Assembly (NCBI GenBank): GCA_965112155.1
Contig: OZ218098.1
Length of the DNA: 64,000 nt
DNA from: Podarcis liolepis
Taxonomy: Eukaryota
Reading direction: 5' to 3' (one strand)
The translations under genes and the position numbers were made by a program. The notes beneath the pieces are model-generated. The model was not told the DNA's origin and searched no databases. It worked only from the letters and a program-made list of their open reading frames with translations. Below, one piece after another: positions 38,842-51,096 of the stretch; within the stretch, counting starts at the first letter, position 1; the number at the start of each line of letters is the position of its first letter.

Positions 38842-39100
38842 CCGTATTTTTCGCTCTATAAGACGCACCAGACCACAAGACGCACCTAGTTTTTGGAGGA
38901 GGAAAACAAGAAAAAATATATTCTGAATCTCAGAAGCCAGAACAGCAAGAGGGATCGCTGCGCAGTGAAAGCAGCAATCTCTCTTGCTGTTCTGGCTTCT
39001 GGGATAGCTGCGCAGCCTGCATTTGCTCCATAAGACGCACACACATTTCCCCTTACTTTTTAGGAGGGAAAAAGTGAGTCTTATAGAGCAAAAAATACGG
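38842..39100 (+). mobile_element. Tc1/mariner (pogo/Tc2-like) MITE, 259 bp
   Basis: TIRs CCGTATTTTTCGCTCTATAAGAC and GTCTTATAGAGCAAAAAATACGG, with TA on both sides. Confidence 0.95.
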
Positions 39101-40197
39101 TACTTCTGAGTGGGCATCTATAGAATTGCACTGCAAAGATGAAACCAGCACACACATGAGTCTTCCTCTAATATTAATAGATTTTAATATCAAAGTATTC
39201 ATGAAGTACGGTGGTAATTAATAGTATAGCATTCAGTTAGCCTGTGCTGTGCTTCTGCTGGTGTCAGGAAAGTGAGTTCATTTTACATGTGAATTCTGCA
39301 CACCCAACCAAAGTTACTTAGAAGACACTTTCAACTGGAGTGATTGAGGTATGCTTCCATATAAATGTGTTTAGGATTGTGCTAAATGAGATGTTTTATA
39401 GAAATTGCTGGTAAATTGGGAGAAAGGCAGTCATACCACACTGATTTCAACCTATATGAGAAACTACTGAATATTACTAAATCTTAGAAACCTCCAGTCA
39501 TCTGTTAAACAGGATGCCAATATTTCTGCTTTAAAAATAGTTTGGGCTCACTTTTTAAAATATGTGGTGCTTTGTTCAAGTTAGCATCACTTGGGCAAGT
39601 CAGTTGTGTTGTGGTCACTTCTTAATTGATTAGTCTGTACACACTCAGCAGGACATTTTTTGTGTGTGACTTGCGTATAGGAGACTTTATATGGAATCAG
39701 ATAGCATTCAGGATGCTGAACTTTCTGTCCTGCCTGTTTCTGAATTCCACCTGTCCCCTTTAAAAAGAGGGGGAAAGTAAACTCTCCTTATGGGAAATAT
39801 GCCATATATTTGCCCAGAAGAAGTGTGTCAGGTGGTGTGGAGACTGTAATGTCCACATCTGAATGATAGTGGGAGAGGTAATCGACCAGCTGAAGAACTG
39901 GTTTGCAACGCACAAGTTCTCAGGACAGGTTGTTACATGTCTTCAAGCCTGGCTGCTATTTTTATTTTATTTATTTATTTAGAAAATTTATACCGTGCCC
40001 TTGAGTAAAAACTCTCAGAGCAGCTCCCAATCAATAAAGTATAATAGATTGATCAGAAACAGGGAGGCTTTGTAGCTGACACTGTGCTCTACTTGATTGC
40101 ACTTTCTCTTTTATCCTTGATACCAAAGGATGTGCAAGACGTAAGAAAATCTACATTAGGAAGTTATCATATGAGCATCTATGTAATTTTGTTTCAG

Positions 40198-40280
40198 AGT
40201 TTGCTGTGTAATACTCTCAGTATGCAACAAAGTACTCCAACAATGACATCCTATATATATACCTGTCAGCTCAGAAGTAG
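40198..40280 (+). other. Candidate internal exon (83 nt) of the + strand gene
   Basis: Acceptor TAATTTTGTTTCAG| and donor TAG|GTAAGC; one frame open (SLLCNTLSMQQSTPTMTSYIYTCQLRS). No homology recognised. Confidence 0.25.
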
Positions 40281-42759
40281 GTAAGCAAGTAAAGGATTGC
40301 AGAAGTACATAAGTGTGTATAAACATCGCAGTATAACTGCAAACTTTGACAAATGGGTCTTCCTAAGTGGAACTGTGCTGATAATTCAAGAATACCTTTT
40401 CGAAGTACCTTAAGATTGTGGACTCAGGCTGCAATGTTGCTTGTAGGCTGATTAAAATCCCTATCGGGGCTGCTAGGATTTAAGAGGCTTAGTTGTGCAC
40501 AGGATTGCAACCTCAGTTTGTATTTTTGGCATATCATTTTAGTGCTCATCTTTCACTGTGCTGTACATAGAGGACTAGACAGATGCTAGCTGCTGTGCTC
40601 CATATGTATGCATTATGGTAGGCTGTTGACTTGTGCCCTAGGGTCATGTTCCTTCCTACTTCATTACTTCTGTTTGAGCAAGGACATTCAAACAAGCTCT
40701 GTGTCTTGTAGCTATTGTTTCCAAGAAGTTATATAGCTGGTTTTTAATTCTGGCTTCTGAGCTGCATTTCTTTTTCCAATTGGGTGCCTAGATCATTGTG
40801 AAGCATATTTTCTGTGTTGGCAACTGCAGCTTATACGAAGTGCTATGTTATGCTATATGAAATCTGGAAACTTTCCCCCTAGATATCTTGATCAACGTGC
40901 TACTTTGTATGAGGCATATGTAGGAGTCCTTTACTTACATTGTTTTTCAAGGACTGTCTGGGCTTCTTTTTGCCTAATTTTTGGGGCTATCCCACCCTGT
41001 CCTAAAGGATAAGGGTAGTTTACGAAGTATTGTATGATACGAAACAACCCATGCTCCTTAAGGGTTCTTAGAAACTGACAGAATTTTAGAAAGTGTAAAA
41101 TAAATATTAGACTAATGTTTAGCTTGTGATGTGAAGGTGGGTGAGTATTGGAGGTATCGGCAACAGCAGATGTAATAATGATATCTCCCTCTCCCTTTAG
41201 AGCACAGGTGAGAAGCTCTTGAGATTCTTCTTGGCCACACTCTTGTTCCCCAGACCACAGGGTGTTTGCCTGGTTGGAATGTGCCCTTGAACTCTGATGG
41301 TGACCCTTCCTTGCCTAGATGGAGGATAGGGAGGGCTGGGTGAGTGTGTGTAGAAACCTGCCTCCTGTTCAAAAGTAAAATTTACAATCATTGCTGCACC
41401 CACTCTGGCCCCACCTAGCACTGACATGTCCAGGAGTGAATGTGGCCTTCAGTCTGAAAAAGGTTCACCTCTCCTGCACTAAAGTAGGGGTAGGGAATAT
41501 AGCTTCCCCATGAACCAGCCAGTGTTACATAATAACTGCCATTTCAGCTTCCTTTTCCTTCTTTGCATGCTACTTAAACATAGCCAGGATTTGTTTTCCT
41601 TCTCTGCATGGCAGATTGCAGCTATAGCCCTTCTCATCCTGTGACAAGGTTGTGGGCCAGGCATGCCGCACGCCTCAGGGATTTGTGCATAGGCAACCCA
41701 GGCCGTATGATGAGACTCAGATATGCTTCTGATCTTCTGCAAGAAATATATATATGAATTAGTATGCATGTATTCCATTGCATGTGATTGCAAATATTCA
41801 AGCACTCACACTTCTCCTTCAGGAGCAACTGCATATCCTAGTGTCTGCATGTATTTACTGTTTACATAGCACTTCCTTAGGCAGTCATATTTGCATATCT
41901 TCTCTATTTCCACATTTGAGGATTCTCATCTTCACACTTCTTAGTGAGGTCTATTGAAAGATGCAAACAAGAATGGCAATCAACTGCAATAACTATAGTG
42001 AGAAAACTTGGGTAGCTCTTTCAGAACAAGGGTAAACTGGGAAAAAGGAAGGGCATGTGTGGGAAAGAGTTTTATAAATGCTTTGTAACTGGCAGATGTT
42101 CTGAGAAGTGGTGAGAGACGAGTTTCTCGGTTGATATCCAACAGACCAGTAGCATAATTAGTTGGATAACCTGAGAAATTATTCTAAGAATGAGGTCATG
42201 AAATCTTCTGGGTAATTATTTTCAGCTAAGTGGCCTCCAACATTGTTGCCATCTGGTTTTCTAAGGAAAAATTATTTAAATGGGTTAGTTCAGTAGTATC
42301 AAAACAGTCTTATGTTGCTGTGTATTTCAATATATACTATAGTATTTATATACCCCCTGCTACTGTTGTCTAGGGTTGCCATATTTCAAAAAGTAAAAAA
42401 CAGGAAACCCTGAAAGTTGTTCAGGTTTTTTTAGGAAGACCCCAAAATTGTATTGCATTAGAGTCCAGGTGGTACTTAGGATGAAGAAGCTTTTTATATA
42501 TTGCTTTATTGATAGTTACATCATTGCCCAGTATAAATAATTGTATTTATGCATTTTTAATTGCATTTTCCATTTAATATATTACACAACACCTAGAAGC
42601 ATTGGTGCGGGTGACACACAAATGAGTAATATTAATTCAGGCAGCATCAGATCTGAATTTGGGAGGGAAGTGGGGTTGTTGTTCAAGACCTCCCCATCCA
42701 CTATATTGTGCAACCCACATTTCTGGTATGTGATGGAAACTCACTATGCCAGTTTCAGT

Positions 42760-42903
42760 CTGTCTGCCTAACCTACCTTACTGGGTCGGTGTTAAAATGA
42801 AATTGGGAGGGAGTGCGGGGAGAACCATGTTCTCCACCTTGAGATCCTGGGGGTGTGGGGGGAAGGAGAGTATATATGTAATAACAATAAATAATAATAA
42901 TAA
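42760..42903 (+). mobile_element. MIR/CORE-like SINE 3' half
   Basis: GCCTAACCTACCTTACTGGGTCGGTGTTAAAATGAAA...GAGAACCATGTTCTCCACCTTGAG followed by an (AAT)n tail. Confidence 0.55.
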
Positions 42904-43593
42904 AAACCTGGCCGAGAAAGATAATCAGATCACATTAATAAACTATTTAGTTTTTGGGAGCCAAACATGGCCCCTTTCTGTTGAATGGTTTGTAGCAAAA
43001 GGGTCCAAACAGGCTGCTTAGACAGGTAGAGAAAAGGGGGGAGACTCTTTTGTAGGTCAGCAGCTGTAAGGGAAATGGGTCCAGCAAGAAAGCAGGAGCT
43101 GCATTTAAGAGAGTTAACAAGAACCACATGTGTGAAGGGAGGCTTGGGAAAGATGATTGGAAGTATGGTATGTGAACAAAGACTGAGATGCATGAGTGAC
43201 AAAGGAAAAGGTGCTGGCCACCCTGAACAGAAATGATATGTGACAAGAAAGAGTTCTGCTGAATGAAAATAGAAGTTGTGGGAGGCAGGAGAGGCGGTGG
43301 GGGTGGGGTGGAACAAAGAGGGCAAGGTAATATCAAACTGATTGGGACAGTGAATGCATGAACGAGGAGGGTGGAAGAAAAGGCACAGGAAAAGACATGG
43401 TATTAAGTGATGTTGAAGCAGAATGAGCGGGGGGGGGGGGGAGAGAGAGACGAGTGTGTATGCCAATCGGATCATGACTTGAATAGGAGATAAGGAGAAA
43501 GAGAGAGGAAAGGAGCGTGAATTTGCAAGGAAGGTGTGGAAGGAAATGGCATGGCAGACAGTTTGGATTTTGTGATGGGAGGATTCCTATAAA

Positions 43594-43903
43594 CAGGGCT
43601 GTCTTAAGCATATGCAGTGCCGGGATGCCAAGATCTGCCCGGTGCCCCCCCCCCCGGTTGCCCAGTCACAGGCGTGCAGGAGGGTGGAGCCGGCTGGCCA
43701 CCTCAGCAACTCACTGGCTCGGTCGCCCCCGAACTCGCAGTGCAGAGCCGCCCACAGCAGAAGAGCCCACCGCAGCACTTCGACCAACAGGCAGGCTCTT
43801 CCCTGGACTCAACTCTCGGGCCCCAGACTCTTGGCCTGGCGCCCCTGAGAGCCTGGTGCCCAGGTGCCCTGCACCCCTAGTGCCTATGGGTTAGATGGCC
43901 CTG
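43594..43903. mobile_element. GC-rich non-autonomous DNA transposon (hAT-like)
   Basis: TIRs CAGGGCTGTCTTAA and TTAGATGGCCCTG; repeated subterminal GGTGCC motifs; no clear TSD. Confidence 0.65.
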
Positions 43904-46088
43904 TAGGCTGAAGAGTTTGGGGGCTCTGTTTCATTACAGAATTTCATTAGGAGCTAGTTTGCTGCATGCATAAGACTCAGCACAGCTTGTCAGTGTGTGA
44001 CTTGCAAGTAACAGTAGGAATCCTTCCTACACAGCAGTTGTGCCCCTGGAGTGATTTGGAATGCACTTCTATGCCCGCCCCAAGGGAAAAATAACGGGGG
44101 CAGTGACTTTTGGCAAATGAGAAAGTCACTGGATGCACCCAATTCTTCTGTATTCAAACCTTTAACTTGAGTAAGGCAGCTTAATCGAGAGCACATGCAG
44201 AAAAGTTACAAAGTAGTAGAAACATTTATTATGATACAACATTAGCGGGGCTATGGCATGAGCTGCCAGTTTGGAACAGAAAGAAAGATTCTGAATATGA
44301 ACGCATTCAGGTTAATGTTCTGCCTCTTTTCTGGAGCACATGGAGCCCCAGCAAAAACTCCCATTCACTTTGTGCAGAACCGCCTCTATTCATTTGAATG
44401 GGTTGACCTTTTGCGGTTGTGGGAACCCCTTTTATGCCAACCTGATTTCCTACATCTGCAAACAACTACAGGTTTGGTGTAGATATGGCAGGTGGAAGTG
44501 AGGATAGCCTGGATAGCAGAAACCAGAAATTCTCTGACCCAGTCCAGCATGGAGATAGCTATGCTTTAAGGCTTTTGATTTCAGTGGTTTTAAGCATCCT
44601 AACTCCCTCTTGGCTTGTGGCCAGGAGCACCTGCTGCTTCATCAAACATACTTGGTGCTTCCATCATGTTACAGACTTTGCTTCAACTTCTTTGCTTTAC
44701 TAAAATAACAGAATAAAGCTAGCCACGATTTCTTGGGTAAATAAAGCACTGCCGGAGAAAAGCTCTACCTTCAAGAGGCTGGAAGTATCCTCCAGTGGTT
44801 GCTTCACAGTATTCCTTGTTGCTTTGGGAAAACTCTGCATGTTCAGAAACACAAGTGGCAGCGCAAGAGAGGAGGACTGGTAGGTTACAGGATATGTGTT
44901 TGTTTCTGGGTGCAAGCAACCACTTCTGTGCCAAGGAGATTTATATGAGAATTGGTGTGATTGTGATTGGTCTTCATTTTATTTTTTTTAATAAGGACAT
45001 GTTCTTTTTCTGTTTCCTGCTAAACTTGCAATGTAAAAGCAGAGTGGCCCCCTTGAGATGAATTTCCTGAAGTCAGAAATACAGCTCTCATGGGAATAAT
45101 TTTAAAACAGCAAATGATTTAATGTTTTGATGGCAAATCATAAAGAAGTAATCCCTGATGTGAGGATATCTGCCTATACGGGCACAAGTCATAACAGGAC
45201 TGTTTCTACAGAGTCAGAGGTGAACTGACAGACTGAGGCAGTCAGTAATCTGTAATCTGTGGCTAATGAAGGCTACCTACTGAGTCTCCCTGGAGGATGC
45301 AGAACTTTGTTAACCCATTTGACAGATTTGCATGTAACCTTATTTATTTATTTATTTTTAAAAACCCACATCAAACGTTTAATGTATGAGATGGTTGGAT
45401 TAAATATTTCTAATTATCTCCTGCAAATGCCTTCCACTGATAGGCAAACATGTAATTCTTCCACTGGACACCATTTCCGCTCAAGATGCCTTTATTAATC
45501 ATTAAAAAAGATTTAGCTACTTGTGCATCTCTATACTTGTGCATCTGCTCTGACACTGAGCTGTTCTCAATAGGTCGAACTTAATAAATGTAGCAAGTGA
45601 ATTATACCAAGTGCTTGCTGAGCACTGGTATGAATTTTATTCCTCCAGAGTCTTGTCATTTGAATGCATTATAATACTAACATACACATGTTTCAAGTGT
45701 TTTCTTCTGAGCTAAATATGAACTATAGTTGTGCTCGCATTACTTTTATGTTACCTTGACCCTGTTGGAATGTGAGAAGTGCAAGGCCACACTCGGGGAG
45801 GGGATCCTCACTACCCAGAATGCACATCTTATTTAGAGAACGAAAGTCCAGCAAGACTACAGCAGAGAGTCTTTCCTTTGCAACCACTTCATACTAGGAA
45901 AGGGAGCATGAGTGAAGGGCCTTGGGTTATCCGATGGACTAAAACAAGCCCTTTGGAAAGGGTTTATTATGTACTAATCCACAACATCTTCAAACACAGC
46001 ATTGTCTGACATATTAGCTTACCAAGAATCCAGATCAGTGTTGCTCATGAAACAGAAGAAAAGTGCATAATGCCAGTCCACACTACGG

Positions 46089-46482
46089 CAGGGATATGGA
46101 GTCTGTGGCCTTCCAGGTGTATCTGGGTTCCAACTCCCATCAGCTTCAGCCAGAATGGCCGCTGGACAGGGATGGGGTGCAGGGAGTTGTAGTCCAGAAA
46201 CAAAAAGTAAGGATCTGCACTTAGGCAGGAAGAACCAGATGCACAAATAAAGACTGGGGGGGGGGGCACCTGGTGGACTAGTCCATCTAGGGGTGGACTA
46301 CAAGTGTAACACGAGTCAACAGTGTGATCCTTGGAGGTTTTTAAGTAGAGGTTGGATGCCCATCTGTCATGGATGCTTTAGCTAAGATTCCTGCATTGCA
46401 GAGGGTTGGACTAGGTGACTCTTGGATCCCTTTCCAACTCTATGGTTTCATGATTTGAAGGGTCACAGGTTCCCCATCCCAG
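46089..46482. mobile_element. Palindromic hAT-like MITE split by the CR1 fragment
   Basis: Left part CAGGGATATGGAGTCTGTGGCCTTCCAG...CAACTCCCATC...GGGAGTTGTAGTCCAG; right end resumes after the CR1 tail as GAAGGGTCACAGGTTCCCCATCCC. Confidence 0.65.
46200..46455 (+). mobile_element. CR1 LINE 3' fragment with large internal deletions
   Basis: CTGCACTTAGGCAGGAAGAACCAGATGCAC (LHLGRKNQMH), GTGGACTACAAG...AGTCAACAGTGTGAT (VDYK...SQQCD), then the CR1 3' end GGTTGGACTAGGTGACTCTTGGATCCCTTTCCAACTCTATG. Confidence 0.85.
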
Positions 46483-48093
46483 ATAGGTTCCCCATCCCTA
46501 TTCCTGAAAGCTGCTTCAAGTTTTCTGCATCTTGGTACTGTGACTCTATGATTAGTGCTTCTCACTTCTTATTCTCCATGGAAATGCTACATGGAGTAAC
46601 ACTGAGAGTATTGGAAGTGTTGTAGACATAATCGAGATTGTGTGTACCTTTAGATTGGACTATAAAGCCCCCTGTGTTTAGCTTTGACATGCGTTGATTT
46701 GATCTTTAGGGTGGCAACCTGGCAAAAAGCAATACAGAATCTGTCTGGCAGCTGTTCACCTGTTTGATCCCTGAAGTCAATTGAGTGCTGCACTTTCTTT
46801 CTCAGCTAAATGCCTTTCTGGACTAGGGCAACTATAATGAGACACCCATTGTGGAAGGTACTACACAGGATTTTCTCTAAACATAGGAGTCATTCTTCCT
46901 CAACTAGATTAAACAATAACATCACAGATTCATCCTGATTTTTAATTATCTGTTGTGGTTGTTGTAGAAGGATGGAGAAAAAGTATTTTCAAAAAAATAT
47001 TTGATAGAGGAATGCTTTTAATGAAAGGGTTTTTTTTGCAGGGGGTAGAGTGGGTTATTCCCTCTAAAAGATATATGATTAATAGCACCAACACTGCCTT
47101 CTGGATCACCTTGCAAGAGGTTTTCTTCATCAATCTGGCAAGCGGATTGTATAGCAGTTTGCACCCTAATTAAACTCCCCAGTTGGGAATGTGCTGTTTA
47201 ACAGATTACCTGTAGTTAAAGTGCAGTCACTGGAGATGTAGTTAACATGTCAATGTTTAATACCGTGTTCCAAACATCAATTTTTTAAAGGGGAAAAAAC
47301 AAAAACAAAGAAAGCAGGCTCATTGCAACATAACGAATGCTTCCTTAAAATTAAATACCTAAGTTACAGTGAGTCCTGTCTATTTACTCAGAAGTAAGCC
47401 CCACTAAAAAAAAGGAAAAAGAAAAAGAAGTAAGCCCCACTGAGCATATTGAGGTTTACTTCCAGGTAAGCATGCACCGGATTGCAGCTTCAGTAGTATA
47501 ATAACAGCAATGTTAGTCATCTTATAAGTCCTCCTGTTTCATTTGTTTGGTGATTTCATTGAGAAAATATTTCGATGCTCTAATGATATCACCAATAATG
47601 CCTTAGGTTTATTCCAGGGCAGAAATTCAGGTGATTGTCTCCACTTTGAACCCAGGAATAATGTTAAGTATTTGATTATTTCAGAGTGGCTTCTACCCAA
47701 GATAAATGCCACTAATTGCAGTTGCTGGGTTGGTTGGATGATCAGGAAGGTACTGAGAGAGTTGTTTTCCTCCTGCCCCCTCACCACTAAGGGTAATAAG
47801 CAATTCCAATCCATTCCTTGCTACCAAATGTAATACACTCCTTAAATGAGGACTTAATGGTGTGGAAACAGAAGGCTTTTTGAACTTTAGATACCTATAA
47901 CCACAGGCAGTAGCTAATAATGCAGTGGTTATTGCCACACTGAAGTCAAGTTATTCTACAACATTAAAAAATTGCTGATCACTGAGTCTTGGTTTTGGTG
48001 TAAAGCAAAGGCAGGTCTATTTTTGAGCTGGTTCAAGTAGTGATCATGTTCGGATCTGCACTTGTAGGCTACTAGAGATACCATTATCTATAG

Positions 48094-48336
48094 CATGGGT
48101 AGGCAAACTAAGGTCCAGGGGCCGGATTCCGCCCAATTCCCTTCTAAATCCGACCTGCAGATGGGAATCAGTGTGTTTTTACATGAGTAGAATGTGTGCT
48201 TTTATTTAAAATACATCTCTGGGTTATTTGTGGGGCATAGGAATTCATTCATTCCCCCTCCAAATATAGTCTGGCCCCCCACAAGGTCTGAGGGACAGTG
48301 GACCGGCCCCCTGCTGAAAAGGTTTGCTGACCCCTG
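48094..48336 (-). mobile_element. Second copy of the same hAT MITE, inverted
   Basis: Reverse complement of 31296-31544; perfect 8-bp TSD ATCTATAG at 48086-48093 and 48337-48344. Confidence 0.95.
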
Positions 48337-48907
48337 ATCTATAGTCTAACCTATGGCCTCCAACATTCTTCAGATGAAAACTGGGACATTCTATTCTACA
48401 TTGGTACCACTGCTTTAAAGTAATAGGCATCCCCTTTCCCCCAATTCTCTCCTCTGTCTCCTTCTCCAGCATCCTCCCCCCCCCTCCAGCATGCTGTGAG
48501 CAGGGAGGAGACGGGTGTGTGGTTACCCCTGGTACCTCCATCTGCATACCAAAGGGAAAGAGAGGGGGTTTCCCCCCCTTCTTCCCACACTGCTACAAGA
48601 CAGCAAAAGGGAGCTGGAGCGCTCAAATGATAGGAGGCTGTGGAGGCGAAACATCCCTCCTTGTTAATGTTACAGCTCATCCCAGAGCATCAAAATATTC
48701 TGCACAATTTATTTTGTTGCAATAAATTAATTTTGTTGCATTCATGACGTGTATGTGGAAGATTGCATCCTGGTGCCTCAGAAGTAAGTCCACTTGATCC
48801 CATGTCCGTGTTTGGGTGCAATAGGACCCTCCACACAATTACTCTGAATAAGATTGCATTGAGCTTGATGGGAGTAATTACTTCACCTCCCTAGCCCTGC
48901 ACAACCC

Positions 48908-49468
48908 TAATAATAATAATAATAATTTATTATTTGTACCCCGCCCATCTGGCTGGGTTTCCCCAGCCACTCTGAGCGGCTTCCATAGAAACCAAAAATA
49001 CACTAAAATATCACAGATTAAAAACTTCCCTGAACAGGGATGTCTTCTGAATGTCAGGTAGTTATTTATCGCTTTGACATCTGATGGGAGGGCGTTCCAC
49101 AGGGCGGGCGCCACTACTGAGAAGGCCCTCTGCCTGGTCCCCTGTAGCTTTGCTTCTCGCAATGAGGGAACCGCCAGAAGGCCCTTGGCGCTGGACCTCA
49201 GCGTCCGGGCAGAACGATGGGGGTGGAGATGCTCCTGCAGGTATACTGGGCCGAGGCCGTTTAGCACTTTGAATTGTGCTCGGAAATGTACTGGGAGCCA
49301 ATGTAGGTCTTTCAAGACCGGTGTTATGTGGTCTCGGCGGCCGCCCCCAGTCACCAGTCTAGATGCCGCATTCTGGATTAGTTGTAGTTTCCGAGTCACC
49401 TTCAAAGGTAGCCCCACGTAGAGCGCATTGCAGTAGTCCAAGCGGGAGATAACTAGAGCATGCACCAC
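48908..49468 (-). mobile_element. L2-clade LINE, 5'-truncated 3' fragment (RT C-terminus plus (TTA)n tail)
   Basis: ORF 48878..49477 reads [20 protein letters not shown]...[15 protein letters not shown]...[15 protein letters not shown], the typical L2 ORF2 C-terminus. The 3' end is a simple-repeat tail, seen as (TAA)n at 48908-48925. Confidence 0.95.
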
Positions 49469-49608
49469 GAATAACATTACTCTTATACATGCCTGCTCAT
49501 AAGTAAGCTCTGCCTCATTCAGTGGAATTTACTCTCAGGTAAAGGCATGGGATGAAGGGAGTCAATACAGCTCCTTGCCAAGGGAGCCTCGGTATGACTC
49601 TGCATGTG

Positions 49609-49946
49609 GGTAAAGGTGAAGGGACACTGGACCATTAGGTCCAGTTGTGACCGACTCTGGGGTTGCAGTGCTCATCTTGCTTTATTGGCTGAGGGAGCCG
49701 GCGTACAGCTCATGTGGTCAGCATGACTAAGCCGCTTTTGGCGAACCAGAGCAGCGCACGGAAACTCCGTTTACCTTCCCGCCAGAGTGGTACCTATTTA
49801 TCTACTTGCACTTTGACGTGCTTCCAAACTGCTAGGTGGGCAGGAGCAGGGACCGAGCAATGGAAGCTCACCACGTCGCGGGGATTCGAACCGCCGACCT
49901 TCTGATTGGCAAGTCCTAGGCTCTGTGGTTTAACCCACAGTGCCAC
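49609..49946 (-). mobile_element. Near full-length Sauria (Squam1) SINE
   Basis: Colinear and highly similar to 59648-59997; B box GGTTCGAATCC; lacks about 9 nt at the 5' end and has a short internal deletion. Confidence 0.95.
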
Positions 49947-50836
49947 TAAAGCAGAGAATGAGAATGTGGGTGGATCCCTGGGAGGGACAGAGTCCATTGA
50001 ACAAAGGCTGCCTGCCTTGCCGGGTGAAAGGACTGAAGGAGGCGGTGAGACGCACAGGCATAACTGGGCAACCACCCTTCCTTCCCTGGCTGAAAGGGAG
50101 CCCCATGTGGAAGAACCTCAATGGGCAGAGTTCTCGGCTGCCTTCCAGCCAACACTGGCAATGAAACCAAAAAGCAAGCCCTGAGGAAGAACTTGTGATG
50201 GATGCCAAAGGTCTGGCTTCTGGAAGGAGATGTGAGGGCTTTGACAGGGTCCCGGAGTCCACTTGCCTTCTTCCCAAAGCCCGGTAAGCGCTAACTAGGT
50301 TTTGGGCAGGAGCCCTCATGTCTCCTTCCAGTGTCTCCCTTGCCGCCTTAGGAACTGCTTCTGTGGCACCTGTCCGCTGGCCAAGGGAATTTGGGATTAT
50401 GAATGGCCAAGTGAGAAGCTGTGATAAGGGTTTTCATGATTGTCTCGGCATTTTCGAGGCAGTTGGAGGGTATGCTAACGTAGATGTCAGGGTTGATGAG
50501 CAGCACAGACATGTATCCCTCATGACCTCTTATTTTTATTAGATAATCTTCATTTTATTGATGCCTCAGATGTTCACAAAAAGCTTGGAATTATGATGCA
50601 TATTTCCTTGATCCATGTCAGTTACTTAGCATCTCTTACTTTTCTAGTAGAGATGTTAATTTCATACATATTCTTTGATCAAAAAGAAGAAAGTTGACCT
50701 TTTGTGTTGACATTGGTTGGAGCTGCCTTTGTTCTATGTATGATTACGATAGCTATAATCCTTGAATGTTATGCCTTTCTGTTTGTAGAAGTGATCTGAT
50801 TCTCCAGTGTTGTTAACTTGGCCTTGGTGGTAATTA

Positions 50837-51096
50837 CCGTATTTTTTGCTCTATAAGACTCACTTTTTCCCTCCTAAAAAGTAAGGGGAAATGTGTGTGC
50901 GTCTTATGGAGCGAATGCAGGCTGTGCAGCTCTCCCAGAAGCCAGAACAGCAAGAGGGATGGCTGCTTTCACTGCGCAGCGATCCCTCTTGCTGTTCTGG
51001 CTTCTGAGATTCAGAATATTTTTTTTTCTTGCTTTCCTCCTCCAAAAACTAGGTGCGTCTTGTGGTCTGGTGCGTCTTATAGAGTGAAAAATACGG
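50837..51096 (-). mobile_element. Second copy of the same Tc1/mariner MITE, inverted
   Basis: Near-identical reverse complement of 38842-39100; TA at 50835-50836 and 51097-51098. Confidence 0.95.

Noticed and set aside
42930-43475. 181-aa minus-strand ORF
   Set aside because: Low-complexity product of the purine-rich tract.
48878-49477. 199-aa ORF as a host or domesticated gene
   Set aside because: It is a truncated L2 RT C-terminus with internal deletions, and its start codon lies outside the element.
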